Shown piece after piece: positions 17,530-32,459 of a stretch of DNA of 64,000 nucleotides; the stretch's first letter is position 1; each line of letters starts with the position of its first letter. Position numbers and translations under genes: made by a program. The stretch is taken from NCBI RefSeq assembly GCF_009914755.1, contig NC_060927.1, one strand, 5' to 3'. A model generated the notes under the pieces. The model did no database searches, was not told the origin of the DNA, and saw only the letters and a list, made by a program, of their open reading frames with translations. The stretch is from the human T2T-CHM13v2.0 reference genome, Homo sapiens.

Positions 17530-19796
17530 TGTATTAGTCTGTTTTCACATTGCTGATAAAGACATACCTGACTGAGACTGGGCAATTTACAAAAGAAAGA
17601 GGTTTAATGGACTTAAATTTCCACGTAGCTGAGGAAGCCTCACAATCATGTTGGAAGGCAAGAAAAAGCAAGTCATGTCTCACCTGGATGGCAGCAGGCA
17701 AAAGAGAGCTTCTGCAGGGAAACTACCCTTTTTAAAACCATCAGACATTGTGAGACGTATTCACTATCATGAGAACAGCATGGGAAAGACCTGTCCCCAT
17801 GACTCAATTACTTCCCACCAGGTCCCTCCCACAACATGTGGGAATTCAAGATGAGATTTGGGTGGGAACACAACCAAAGCATATCATTCTGCCCCTGGCC
17901 CTTGCCAAATCTCATTTCAAAACAAATTTTGCCTTCCCAACAGTCCCCCAAAGTCTTAACTAAGTTCAGCATTAACTCAAAAGTCCACAGTCCAAAGTCT
18001 CATGTGAGACAAGGCAAATCCCTTCCACCTATGAGCACGTAAAATCAAAACCAAGTTAGTTACTTCCTAGATGCAATGGGGGTATAGGCATTGGGTAAAC
18101 ACAGTCATTCCAAATGGGAAAAAATTGCCAAAACAAAGGGGCTACAGGCCCCATGCAAGCCCAAAATCCAGTGGGGCAGTCAAATCTCAAAGCCCCAAAA
18201 TGATCTCCTTTGACTCCATGTCTCACATGCAGGTCATGCTGATGTAAGAGGTGGGTTCCCATGGCCTTGGGAGAAAAAAGGCCACAGCTCCACTCCTGTG
18301 GCTTTGTGGGTATAAACCCCCTCCTGGCTCTTTCACGGGTTGGCATTGAGTGTCTGCAGCTTTTCCAGGCACACAGTGCAAGCTGTCAGTGAATCCAACA
18401 TTCTGGGGTCTGGAGGATGGTGGCCCTCTTCTCACAGCTCCACTAGGTGGTGCTGCAGTAGGGACTCTATGTTGGGGCTTCGACCCCACATTTCCCTTCT
18501 GCACTGCCCTAGTAGAGGTTCTCCATGAGTGCCCTGCCCCTGCAGCAAACTTCTGCCTGGACAACTAGGCATTTCCATACACCTTCTGAAGTCTAGGCAG
18601 CAGTTCCGAAACCTCGATTTTTGACTTCTGTGCACCCACAGGCTCAACACTATGTGGAAGCTGCTAAGGTTTGGGGCTTGCACCCTCTGAAGCCACAGCC
18701 CACATTGTACCTTGGTTCCTTTTAGGTGCAGCTGGAGTGGCTAAGACTCAGGCACCCGAGGCTGCTCACAGCAGGGGGCCCTGGGTCCAGTCCACAAAAC
18801 CATCTTTTTTTCCTAGGCCGCTGGGCCTTTGATGGGAGGGGCTGCCATGAAGCTCTGTGACATGCCCTGGAGACACTTTCCCCATTGTCTTGGAGATTCA
18901 CATTTGACTCCTCGTTACTTAAACAAACTTCTGCAGCCAGATCGAATTTTTCTTGAGAAAATGGGATTTTCTTTTCTATTGCATTGTCAGGCTGCAAATC
19001 TTCCAAACTTTTGTGCTCTGCTTCCCTTATAAAACTGAGGGCCTTTAACAGCACCCAAGTCATCTCTTGAATGCTTTGCTGCTTAGAAATTTCTTCTACC
19101 AGATAACCTAAATCATCTCTCTCAAGTTCAAAATTCCACAAATCTCTACAGCAGGGGCAAAATGCCACCAGTCTCTTTGCTAAAACATAACAGGAGTCAC
19201 TTTTGTGCCAGTTCCCGGCAAGTTCCTCATTTCCATCTGAGACCACCTCAGCCTAGACTTTATTGTCCATATAACCATCAGCATTTTGGGCAAGTCTCTA
19301 GGAAATCTCTTCCAAATTTCCCCACATTTTCCTGTCTCCTTCTGAGCCCTCCAACCTCTGCCTGTTTCCCAGTTCCAAAGTCACTTCCACATATTCAGGT
19401 TTCTTTTAGCAACACCCCACTTCTGGTACCAATTTACTGTATTAGTCCGTTCTCACACAGCTGATAAAGACACATACAAGACTGGGAAATTTACAAAACA
19501 AAGAGGTTTAATGGACTTAAACTGTAGTTCTACGTTGCTGGGGAGGCTTCAAAATCATTGCGGAAGTCAAGGAGAGACAAGTCACATCTTACAGGGATGG
19601 CAGCAGGCAAAGAGAGAGCTTGAGCAGGGAAACTCCTCCTTTTAAAACCATCAGATCTCATGAGACTTACTCACTATCAAAAGAATAGCATGGAAAATAC
19701 CTGCCCCCATGATTCAACTACTTCTCACTGGGTCCCTCCCACAACACATGGGAATTCAAGATGAGATCTGAGTGGGGACACAGCTAAATGAAATCA
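17530..19796 (-). mobile_element. Full-length THE1 (THE1B/C) MaLR element, LTR-int-LTR
   Basis: LTRs at 17530-17886 and 19438-19796; THE1 internal ORF 18722-19246 (RDLWNFELERDDLGYLVEEISKQQSIQ); 5-bp TSD AAAGG at 17525-17529 and 19797-19801. Confidence 0.93.
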
Positions 19797-21948
19797 AAAG
19801 GATATACAAAATAACCAGAAAACAATGAACAAAATGACAGGAATAAGTCCTCACCTATCAACAATAACTTCGAATATGTGTTAAATTACCTACCTAAAAG
19901 ATAGAGACAGGCTTAATGGATAAAAAATGACCCAACAACGTCTACAAGAAACTCACTTCACTTGTAAAGACACACACAGACTGAAAGTGAAGAGATTGAA
20001 AAAGATATGCCACACAAACAGAAATCAAAAGTAATCAGGAGTAGCTAAACTTGCATCAGATAAAACAGACTTTAAGTCAAAAACTGTAAAAAGGACAAAG
20101 AAGGTCATTATATGGTAATAAAGGGATCAATTCAGCAACAAAATATAACAATTCTAAATATGCATGCAACCAACACAAGTGCATCCAGACACACATAGCA
20201 AATATTATTAAATCTACAGAGAGAGATAGAGTCCAATACAATGATAGTTGAGAACTTCAATATCCTACTGTCAGCATTGGACAGTTCATCTAGACATAAA
20301 ATCAACAAAGAAACATTAGATTTAAGCTGCACTTTAGACCAAATGGACCTAACAGATATTTTCAGAATATTTCATCCAGCAGCAGCAGAATACACAATCA
20401 TCTCATCAACACATGGAACATTCTCCAGGATAGACCATATGTTAGGACACAAAACAAGGCTCAACAAAATTTTAAACATTAAAATCATATCAAGTATCTT
20501 CTCAGACCACAATGGAATAAAACTTGAAATCAATAACAAAAAATTTGGAAACTGTACAAATACATGGACATTAAATGTGCTATTGAATGATCATTGAGTC
20601 AATGAAGAAATTAAGATGAAAATCAAAAAATTTTTTTAAACAGAAAATGGAAACACATCATGCAAAACCTATGGGATACAGCAAAAGCAATACTAGGAGG
20701 AAGGTTTATAGCAATAAATGCCTACACCAAAAAAGTAGAAAGATCTCAAATAAACAACCTAATGTTGCACCTCAAGGAACTCAAAAAGCAAGAACAAACC
20801 AAACACACAATTAGTAGAAAGAAAAAAAAATAACAGCAGAACCAAATGCAACAGAGACAAAAAAGAAATGCAAAGAATCAACAAGATAAAAGTTGTTTTT
20901 TTGAAAAGTTAAACAAAACTGATAAACCACTAGTGAGGCTAACCAAAAAAAAAAAAAAAGAGAAAGAAAGGAGACCCAAATAAATACAATCAGAAATGAA
21001 AAAGGAGATATTACAACTGTTACCAAAGAAATAAAAAGGATGATTAGAGGCTATTATGAACAAGCATATCCTAACAAATTGGAAAACTTAGAGGAAAGGG
21101 ATAAATTCCCAGACATACACAGCCTACCAAGATTGAACTAGGAAGAAACAGAAAACCTGAACTGACTCAAAATGAATAGCAGGTTTGAATCAGTAACAAA
21201 AAGTCTCCCCAAAGAGAAAAGCCCTAGAGTAGACTTTTATGCTGATTTCTACCCAGTTTATAAAGAAAAACAAACACCAATTCTTCTCAAACTATTCCCA
21301 AAAATTGAAGAGGAGGGAATTCTTCCTAACTCATTGTATAAGGCCAGCATTACCCTGATATCCAATCAAGACAAGGACACAACAGAAAGAGAAAACTACA
21401 GGCCAATATTCCTAATGAACACAGATGGACAAATTCTCAGCATAATACTACCAAGCCAAATCTAATGATGAATGAAAAAGATAATATACCATGATCAAGT
21501 GGGATTTATCCCAGGAATGCAAAGATGGCTCAACGTACACAAAATCAATGCATGTGATACATCACATCAACAAGATGAAAGGCAAAAACTATCTGATCAT
21601 CTCAGCAGATGCAGAAAAATCACTCGGTAAAACTTACCATTGCTTCATGATGAAAACTCTCAACAAATTAGGCATAGAAGGAACACTTCAACATAAGAAA
21701 AGGCATATATGACTAATCTACAGCTAACATCCTACTCACTGGGAAAAATTGAAAAGCTTTTCCTCTAAGAACTGGAACAAGACAAGGATGCCCACTTTCA
21801 CCACTCTTATTCAACACAGTATGGGACATCCAAGCCAGAGTGATCAGACAAAATAAAGAAATAAAAGGCATCCAAACTAGACAAGAGGAAGTCAAATTGT
21901 CTCACTTTGCAGATGACATAATCTTATACTTGTAAACAGAAAAACCTA

Positions 21949-22297
<349 letters not shown>

Positions 22298-22776
22298 AGA
22301 TGCATAATTCAGTAAAGCTTTAGGACACAAAATCAACATACAAAAATCAGTAATGTTTCTATATACCAGTAACAAACTAGCTAAAAAAGAAACCAAGGAA
22401 GAAATTCTATTTACAATAGCTACAAAAATAAAATACCTAGGAATAAACTTAACCAAGGATGGGGAAAAAAAAAAAAAACCTCTACAATGAAAACCACAAA
22501 ACACTGATAAAATAAATTGAGAAGACACAAACAAATGGAAAAGCATCTCATGCTCGTGGCTTGGAATTACTAATACTGTTAAAATGACACTACCCGAAGC
22601 AATCTAGAGATTCAGTATAATCCCTATCAATTATATTCTTCACAGAAACAGGAAAAAAAAAAACCCTGAAATTCATATGGAACCACAGAAGACCCCAAAT
22701 AGCCAAAGCAATACTGAGCAAAAAGAACAAAGCTAGAAGCCTCACACTACCTGATTTAAAAGTATACTGCAAAGCA

Positions 22777-23020
22777 GCTGGGCGTGGTGGCTCATGCCTG
22801 TAATCCCAGCACTTGGGGAGGCCAGCGCGGGTGGATCATGAGGTCGGGAGATCGAGACCATCCTGGCTAACACGGTGAAACCCCGTCTCTATTAAAAAAA
22901 AACAAAAAAATTAGCCAAGGCTGAGGCAGGAGAATGGTGTGAACCCGGGAGGCGGAGCTTGCAATGAGCCGAGATTGCATCACTGCACTCCAGCCTGAGT
23001 GACAAGGCAAGACTCTGTCT

Positions 23021-23109
<89 letters not shown>

Positions 23110-23118
23110 CACACACAT
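22777..23118 (+). mobile_element. AluY with an internal deletion and an A(n)(TA)n tail
   Basis: TTAGCC joined directly to AAGGCTGAGGCAGG; TSD ATACTGCAAAGC. Confidence 0.88.
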
Positions 23119-24649
23119 ACTGCAAAGCTATAGTAACCAAAACAGAGTGTATTGGTATTAAAACAGACACAATAACAAAGGAAACAGACTAAAGAACCCA
23201 GAAATGAATCCACATATTTACAGCTGATTTTCAAGAAAGGTGTCAAGAACATACATTGAATAAAAGACACCCTCTTCATTAAATGGTGCCAGGGAAACTA
23301 GATATCCAAACACAGAAGAATAAAACTAGACCCTTATCTCTCATCACTTACAAAAATAAACTCAAAATCGATTAAAGACTTAAATGTAACAGCCACAACT
23401 ATGAAACTACTAGAAGTAAACACAGGAGAAACGCTTGAGAACAAAGATTGTATGGCTAACACTTAAAAAGTACAAGCAACAAAAACAGACAAAAGGGATT
23501 ATATTAAATTAAATACCTTCTGCATATCAAAGAAAACAATCAACAGAGTGAAAAGACAACAACCCTCCCTTACACCATATACAAAAATTAACTCAAGATG
23601 GCCTACAGACTTAAATGTAAAACCCATAACTATAAAAACCCTGGAAGACAACCTAGGCAATACCATCCGGTACATAGTGATGGGCTAAGAGTTCATGGTG
23701 AAGATGCCAAACGCAATTGCCACAAAAGCAAAAATTGACAAATGGGATCTAATTAAATGAAAGAGCTTCTGCACAGCAAAAGAAACTATCAAAAAATAAA
23801 CAGACATTTCTCAAAAGAGGATATACAAATCACCAAGTTTATGAAAAAATATTCAACATCACTAATAATCACGGAAATGCAAATCAAAACCACAGTGAGA
23901 TATCATCTCATACTTGTTAGAATGGCTATTATTAAAAAGACAAAGCACAACAAATGCTGGCAAGCATGTGAAGAGAAGAAAATTATCATATATTGTTGGG
24001 AATGTAAATTAGTACAGCCATTATGAAAAAAAGTACAGAGATTTCTCAAACAACTAAGAACAGATCTACCATATGATCCAGCAATCCCACTCCTGGGTAT
24101 ATATCCAAAAAAAAGGATATCAGTGTATCAACGGGATATCTGTACCCCCATATTTACTGCAGCACTATTTACAATAGCCAAGATATGGACTCAATCTAAG
24201 TGTCAATCAATGGATGAATGGATAAAGAAAATGGGAATATACGCACAATAGAATAGTATTCAGCCATAAAGAAGAATGAAATCCTGTCATTTTCAGCTAA
24301 ATGGATGGAATTAAAGGTCATAAAGTTAGGTGAACTAGGCCATGCACAGAAAGAAAACTATTGCATGTTCTCACTTATATGAGCGGTTTATGCTCCTGGA
24401 AATCAAAGTGGGGGCCATGTTTCAGGTCAGTAGGGTCAGGGATAGAGACCGCAGTTATGGACTTGTGTGCCCTGGAGCTATATAAAATTGATATCATGGA
24501 GATAAAGAGTAGAATGATAGTTACCAGAGGCTGGGAATAGAAGGGGTTTGAAAAGAAGTTGATTAATGGGTATAAAAATATATAATAGAAGGTATAAGAT
24601 CTAGTGTTCATTATCACAGAAAGTGACTACAACAATTTGTTGTATATAT

Positions 24650-26865
<2,216 letters not shown>

Positions 26866-27448
26866 TAAATGGATTTATTGTATATTTCTAAATAGCAATA
26901 AGATTTGAAATATTCCCAACACAAAGAAATGATCAATGTTTGAGGTGATTAATATCCTAAAGACCCTGATTTGATCATTACACATTGCATGCATGTACCA
27001 GAATCTCACATGGACCCCACAAATGTGTACAATTATTCTCTATCAAAAATATTTTTTTAAGAAACATGGAGGAATACACTGTACCTCTTCCTTGTTGTCT
27101 CTGGATATTGTCACATGAGGACTTGACATGCGGATTGTGGCAGCCTCTGTGACCAAGAGCAGAAGACAATAGCAGCATAGAAACCTCAAATGAAAAACCT
27201 AACATCTCAAGCTACTAATTTAGCCAACCTTGGCATCAGCTATCTCCGGTCTTAGTACATGAGGTGATAAGCCCCCACTGTTCAAGTTCGGTGGCCATCA
27301 ATTGCTGCAGAATAGAAGTTAATGAGGCTTCCTCCTCCTGGATCCTCTACTAGACCCTGACATACCCATTCAGTCACAGGCAGAAAGGGAAGCAGAGGGT
27401 AAGGAGACCTGGCTGGCTGTGCCAGATGCAGATCTTACCTGTCCTGCT

Positions 27449-28346
27449 TAGAACACTCAAAGCTCAATTGGTTAAACAAAAAAAGGAAAAACACAGTAAG
27501 GAGTATAACACTCCCCAGATGCAACTTAATCTAACACTCTATACTTTAAATTTTCTAAACATACAGAGAAATCAGACCACTACTTCTGCAGAATATTTTC
27601 CTGGTAAAAAGAACAGCCCACATGAGGGAAAACTGATTTGGTGGAAGACAACAAAAACAAAACATGGGAAATAGGTAAGGTGATAACATGAGGGAGAGGT
27701 TTTGCTTGTGTTTCACCAGGAGAAAATCAGCTTCCTGTTTGGATACCCACTAGACATTTGAAGTTCTACAATCAACCCATCAGAGATGCAAATGAAAGTG
27801 CCTCCGCAGAGACAGAAAACCCGCAATCAAGCATCATCGACTCGCAGGGTGAACAAAATGGTGATATCAGAAGAACAGATGAAGTTACCATCCACCAAGA
27901 AAACGGCACATGTGGAGAGCCAGGGAGAAGAATAGAAAGAAAAAGAGACAGAGATCAGAGACAGACACAGAAAGTGAGATTGGGGAGAGAGATAGTGTAA
28001 AAGAGAGAGAGAGAGAGAGACCATAAGAGAAGGGAGACAAAGAGATAAAAGGTGCGAGTCATCAGGTGAGGAGAAAGACTGAAAACGATGAGAAACAGCA
28101 ACTAAGACGCAAAGGAGGTGGGAGACTGCCTGGGTGCCGCAGCATCCACACCGTCCTCTTGCCCCCATCACTTGGGTTAAAACCACTGGAAATTCCACTA
28201 TTGCAAATTTTGTATTAATCCTTGTATGTCTGTCTTTTCTGTTGTTAGTCTACAGGTGTATCCAGCAGCTCCAGAGAGACAGCGACCGACCAGAGAGAAG
28301 GGGCCATGATGATGGTGGTGGTTTTGTCAAAACGAAAAGGGGGATA
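27449..28346 (+). mobile_element. HERV-K (HML-2) internal remnant: pol integrase C-terminus, env 5' start, internal deletion, env TM end, polypurine tract
   Basis: Integrase peptides [11 protein letters not shown]...[16 protein letters not shown]...HEGKLIWWK and [27 protein letters not shown]; env TM peptide [40 protein letters not shown]; GAAAAGGGGG PPT just before the LTR. Confidence 0.92.
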
Positions 28347-28452
28347 TGTAGGGAAAAGAAAGAGAGATCAGACTGTTACTGTGTCTACATAGAAAGGGAA
28401 GACATAAGAGACTCCATTTTGAAAAAGACCTGTACTTTAAACAATTGCTTTG
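28347..28452 (+). mobile_element. Truncated HERV-K 3' LTR (LTR5A/LTR5B-like), first ~106 bp of U3 only
   Basis: TGTAGGGAAAAGAAAGAGAGATCAGACTGTTACTGTGTC...GACTCCATTTTG...ACAATTGCTTTG, followed by an abrupt switch to collagen intron sequence. Confidence 0.9.
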
Positions 28453-28499
28453 ACAGAGACAGTTGCTTGAGTGCATTCATGTGTCTTCTTCTTCCACAG

Positions 28500-28571
28500 G
28501 GAGAACGAGGCCCCTGAGGTCTTCCTGGACTCCGAGGTGAGGAAGGATGCCCTGGTATGAGGGGACCTAAG
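28500..28571 (+). pseudogene. COL6A4P2: Collagen VI exon, 72 bp: GERGP*GLPGLRGEEGCPGMRGPK
   Basis: Boundaries cttccacag|GGA...AAG|gtgagt; TGA at 28515-28517; Cys codon at 28548-28550. Confidence 0.93.
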
Positions 28572-29112
28572 GTGAGTGTGACCTTAAGCTGTGGGATTCT
28601 TTCTCTTTCTTGGCTTCATCTCTTGAGTTTGAGGAAAATCATAACTCTTCAACATAGCTATGGAGTCTTAGCTCCCCCTCAGATTAAAGGTTTTCCAGAA
28701 GTAAAGCCTGAGAAAAAGAGTCAATTGCAAGTATTTTACTGGGAGATAATTCTAGTAAGCATTAGTGGGGAAGTAAAGAAGTGAGATAAGGAGGAAAGGA
28801 GGCCTGAAAAGGGTACATTATAAATCAGATCACCACTGTGGGTAGATGGAGCTTAATCCTACTGAAGAACTCTGGCACCCAGAGTTGAACATGCATCTCA
28901 ATGTACCCCAGTTAAGGGATGAGGGAGCTGTGGTATTTATACACCAAATCCCATCAAGAATTAGTTAACAGCAGCTTCCAGGAGGTATTAGTTCCTAGCA
29001 CTTTGGGTCTGTCTTGCATGTGGGTAGAGCAGGCCCTGGTCCCTGAAAAAACCCTCAGAAAAGAGTGACAGGTGCTGGTGGTTGGAAGTAGGATTGAGAA
29101 CACTAAAGTTTT

Positions 29113-29340
29113 TTTTGTTTTTGTTTTTATTTTAATTTTAAGTTCTGGGGTACATGTGCAGGATGTGCAGGTTTGTTACATAGGTAGACGTGTGCCGTGG
29201 TGATTTGCTGCACCTGTCAACCCATCACCTAGCTATTAAGGCCTGCATGCATTAGCTATTTTTCCTGATGCTCTCCTTCCCCCAACTCCATCCGCCGACA
29301 GAGGCCCCAGTGTGTGTTGTTCCCCTCCCTGTGTCTATGT
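29113..29340 (-). mobile_element. Short 5'-truncated L1PA 3' end
   Basis: GTACATGTGCAGGATGTGCAGGTTTGTTACATAGG; TSD GAGAACACTAAAGTTTT at 29096-29112 and 29341-29357. Confidence 0.88.
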
Positions 29341-29892
29341 GAGAACACTAAAGTTTTAAAGGCTAAAGGGATACAGGTACATTTTTGGCTGGTTGCATTA
29401 AATGTCCCTCAACTGTCCAGGATTGGAGAATCTTCCTTAATAAACTAAAAGAAAAAAATTCTACAATCTAAGAATCCTAAAGACAGTTTTCCTAACCACA
29501 ATGACCATGTTCTGTATACCTATCAAATTACTCTTTCAATTCATTTTTCCTGTTGTTCCTTGAACTCCTATCATGCTTGCTAGCCGATATATTCTCACTT
29601 TTGTTTGAAAAAATATCATCATTTTAATAAGAGGTAGGCCACTGTTGTTCCCTTTCATTCCTACTATGTGAGGAACTGCAAAGTGCAATTTTCTCCAGGT
29701 TCCATGCAAAGGAGGGTAGCAATAACCAGGGTGTTGTAATGCCCACCACATTTGCCAGACAAGGCATCTTCATTTTGATCTAATATTGTAATTGCATTTT
29801 CTTCAAACCAGGGAACATATGGTTTCCTAAATGAAACAAGGGCTTAAAAATCTCATTCAAGCTCAATTCTTATGATCTCTTTCTAACTTTAG

Positions 29893-29919
29893 GGAGCAAG
29901 AGGATTTTCAGGAGAGAAG
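29893..29919 (+). pseudogene. COL6A4P2: Collagen VI exon, 27 bp: GARGFSGEK
   Basis: Boundaries tttag|GGA...AAG|gtaggt; paralogous to COL6A3 GSRGFPGEK. Confidence 0.9.
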
Positions 29920-31348
29920 GTAGGTAATCTCCTTTATCCTTCTTAAACTGGATAGCAGTTTCTTTGGGAAATGCAATACTTATTTCAATCGCATTTCTTT
30001 GCCTGAGTGAGGTGAGGCTTCAGACTTTTAGACAAGAGAATTTGTCAGATGATATTAATAGCCAAACTTCCATGCTAATGAGTGACTATTTTTAAGACAT
30101 GTATTTCAGGTTTAAGGCAGTGACATATTGTTTGCAATCCTCGCTGACTCTGTATAAGAATTGGGCCACCATATTCATCACATGATGGTCTAGAAGTGTT
30201 GGTCCTGAATCCAGGGTATGGTGGGCTGGGTCTGGTCAAGGTGGGTGTCAAATGGAAGAGGAATGCTGGGATGAGGTTGTTAGGAAAGGAGTTGGCACAA
30301 GAAGGGAATGATTTACATTCAGATTCAGAACCATAGCATCCATTTGCTGATTCACTCACTCAAAAAGTATTTATTAGGTAACCACTCTGTTCCCCACATT
30401 ATCCTAGGGAGTGGTTACAAAATGATGAACAAGACACACAAGGGCTCATGGAGCTTCCTTATTCATGTTTTCTGGTACCATTGATTAACCTTCTGCGGCC
30501 TGTGGCAAATATGCCATGTAATTCTAGTCCAAGAGTTCGGTATACTTATTTTTATGTATAACTCAGCTGTGCTTTGGTTAAAAAAATGCCTGAAACTTGA
30601 TTTGCTTTTGTAGACAGCAGGCGTAAATCAACTATTTCACACATGCAAATGCATTTTATTTTGCTTGTGAAACTCTGGCTTTTTCTTTAAAAAATTCTTT
30701 ATAATGAATATATTATTGGTCATTTTGGGTTAGTTGGCAAAATGAAGGGCCCATAATTTGAAAGTGATGGAATATTTGATGAGATGTCACCATGCCACTG
30801 CCCAGTTTTACTCTTATCTCCTAATTAGCCTCAGTTTTTCACTTCCTTTCTTTTTTAAAATTTTATCTCCCAAAATGCACACACATGCACACACACTCAT
30901 TCAGTTCCTCCTTAATCTGTGAACTACCAGGTTTCCATTAGATTGATTAATGCGGGCATATTTGCCATCTTTTTAAAGAAGGTCAATGACAAAAAGACCA
31001 TTTTTGGCATTCGACAACCAGTGTTTCATTTGGTCTTGTGAAACAGCTACTTGTTCCAAGTGCAAAAGTTTAAAGGGAGTCTCTTATCCACTCAAATTTT
31101 GAGGTTAAAAAATACATACACATTTTTAGCACCTGAAGCTATGAGGTAAAACAGTATATAACCCTAATAACTGTTTCAGGAAGAAAATAATCATTACTTT
31201 TTAGTAACTGGGTGCAGTATATAAGTGTTACAGAGTCTAGATTCTGTATCAATTGAAAAAATATTAGCAAGGAAATTAACATCAAAGAAATATTCACATA
31301 AACCTGTTTCTCTTGTCTCTAAGATTCTGATCTTCCTTTGCTTCACAG

Positions 31349-31390
31349 GGCAACCCTGGTGAGGGAGTTGATGGCTTGCATGGAGAACAG
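31349..31390 (+). pseudogene. COL6A4P2: Collagen VI exon, 42 bp: GNPGEGVDGLHGEQ (one codon short of the expected 45 bp)
   Basis: Boundaries cacag|GGC...CAG|gtgcag; Gly-X-Y register broken at GE-GVD. Confidence 0.88.
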
Positions 31391-31930
31391 GTGCAGAAGT
31401 TTCTCATTTAATGTCTTCCTCTCTATTAACCTGGCATTTATACTCTTGTAGAGAGTACAGCTTTTCATGACTAGCTAGAATTTTTAACATGCATACTCAA
31501 CAATGTTTAATGTTAATCTCTGTATTTTTCCTTATCCTCAAAATACAAGGACTCTAGAAACTTTAATCAACTCCCTCCCATATTACATATTATTGTCTAG
31601 TATTTTATTTCCATCTTGTTTTTGTTAAATTCTGCCGATTACACATTCTTATTGTTGTTTTATATAGTCAATGCTTATCTAGCTTTACCCTCATGTTTAC
31701 TCATCTGACTGATGCCTTCCTTGTAGTCATTGATACCTTCAAAAGAACATGAAAAAATCATGTTTCTTTTGCTTAAGGCACAACTTTTAGAATTTCCTTT
31801 AATGAAGGTCAGTTCATTGTAAACTCTTCTTGTTTTTGTTTTCCTGAAAATCTCTTTGAAAGATAGTTCACTGGGTAAGCAATTCTGGTTGATGGTTACT
31901 TTCTCTCAGCACTGTGAAAATGTAATTTCA

Positions 31931-32070
31931 ACCATGGCATGTGTATACCTATGTAACAAAACTGCACATTCTGCACATGTACCCCAGAACTTAAAGTATA
32001 ATAAAAAAGAAAAAAAGAAAAGACTTGGAAAAAATACGTAAGTGCTCCAACTCAGAGTATTAAAAAAAAG
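31931..32070 (+). mobile_element. Very short L1PA 3' end with a probable 3' transduction
   Basis: L1 terminus, A-tail, 40 bp of unique sequence and a second A-tail, all within TSD GAAAATGTAATTTCA (31916-31930 and 32071-32085). Confidence 0.8.
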
Positions 32071-32145
32071 GAAAATGTAATTTCATAGTCTTCTGGCTTC
32101 TATTTTCTTCTACCTTTCATTAGTGCCATTAAGAAGTTATCTGTT

Positions 32146-32459
<314 letters not shown>

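Noticed and set aside
18722-19246. 174-aa ORF
   Set aside because: THE1 internal region remnant
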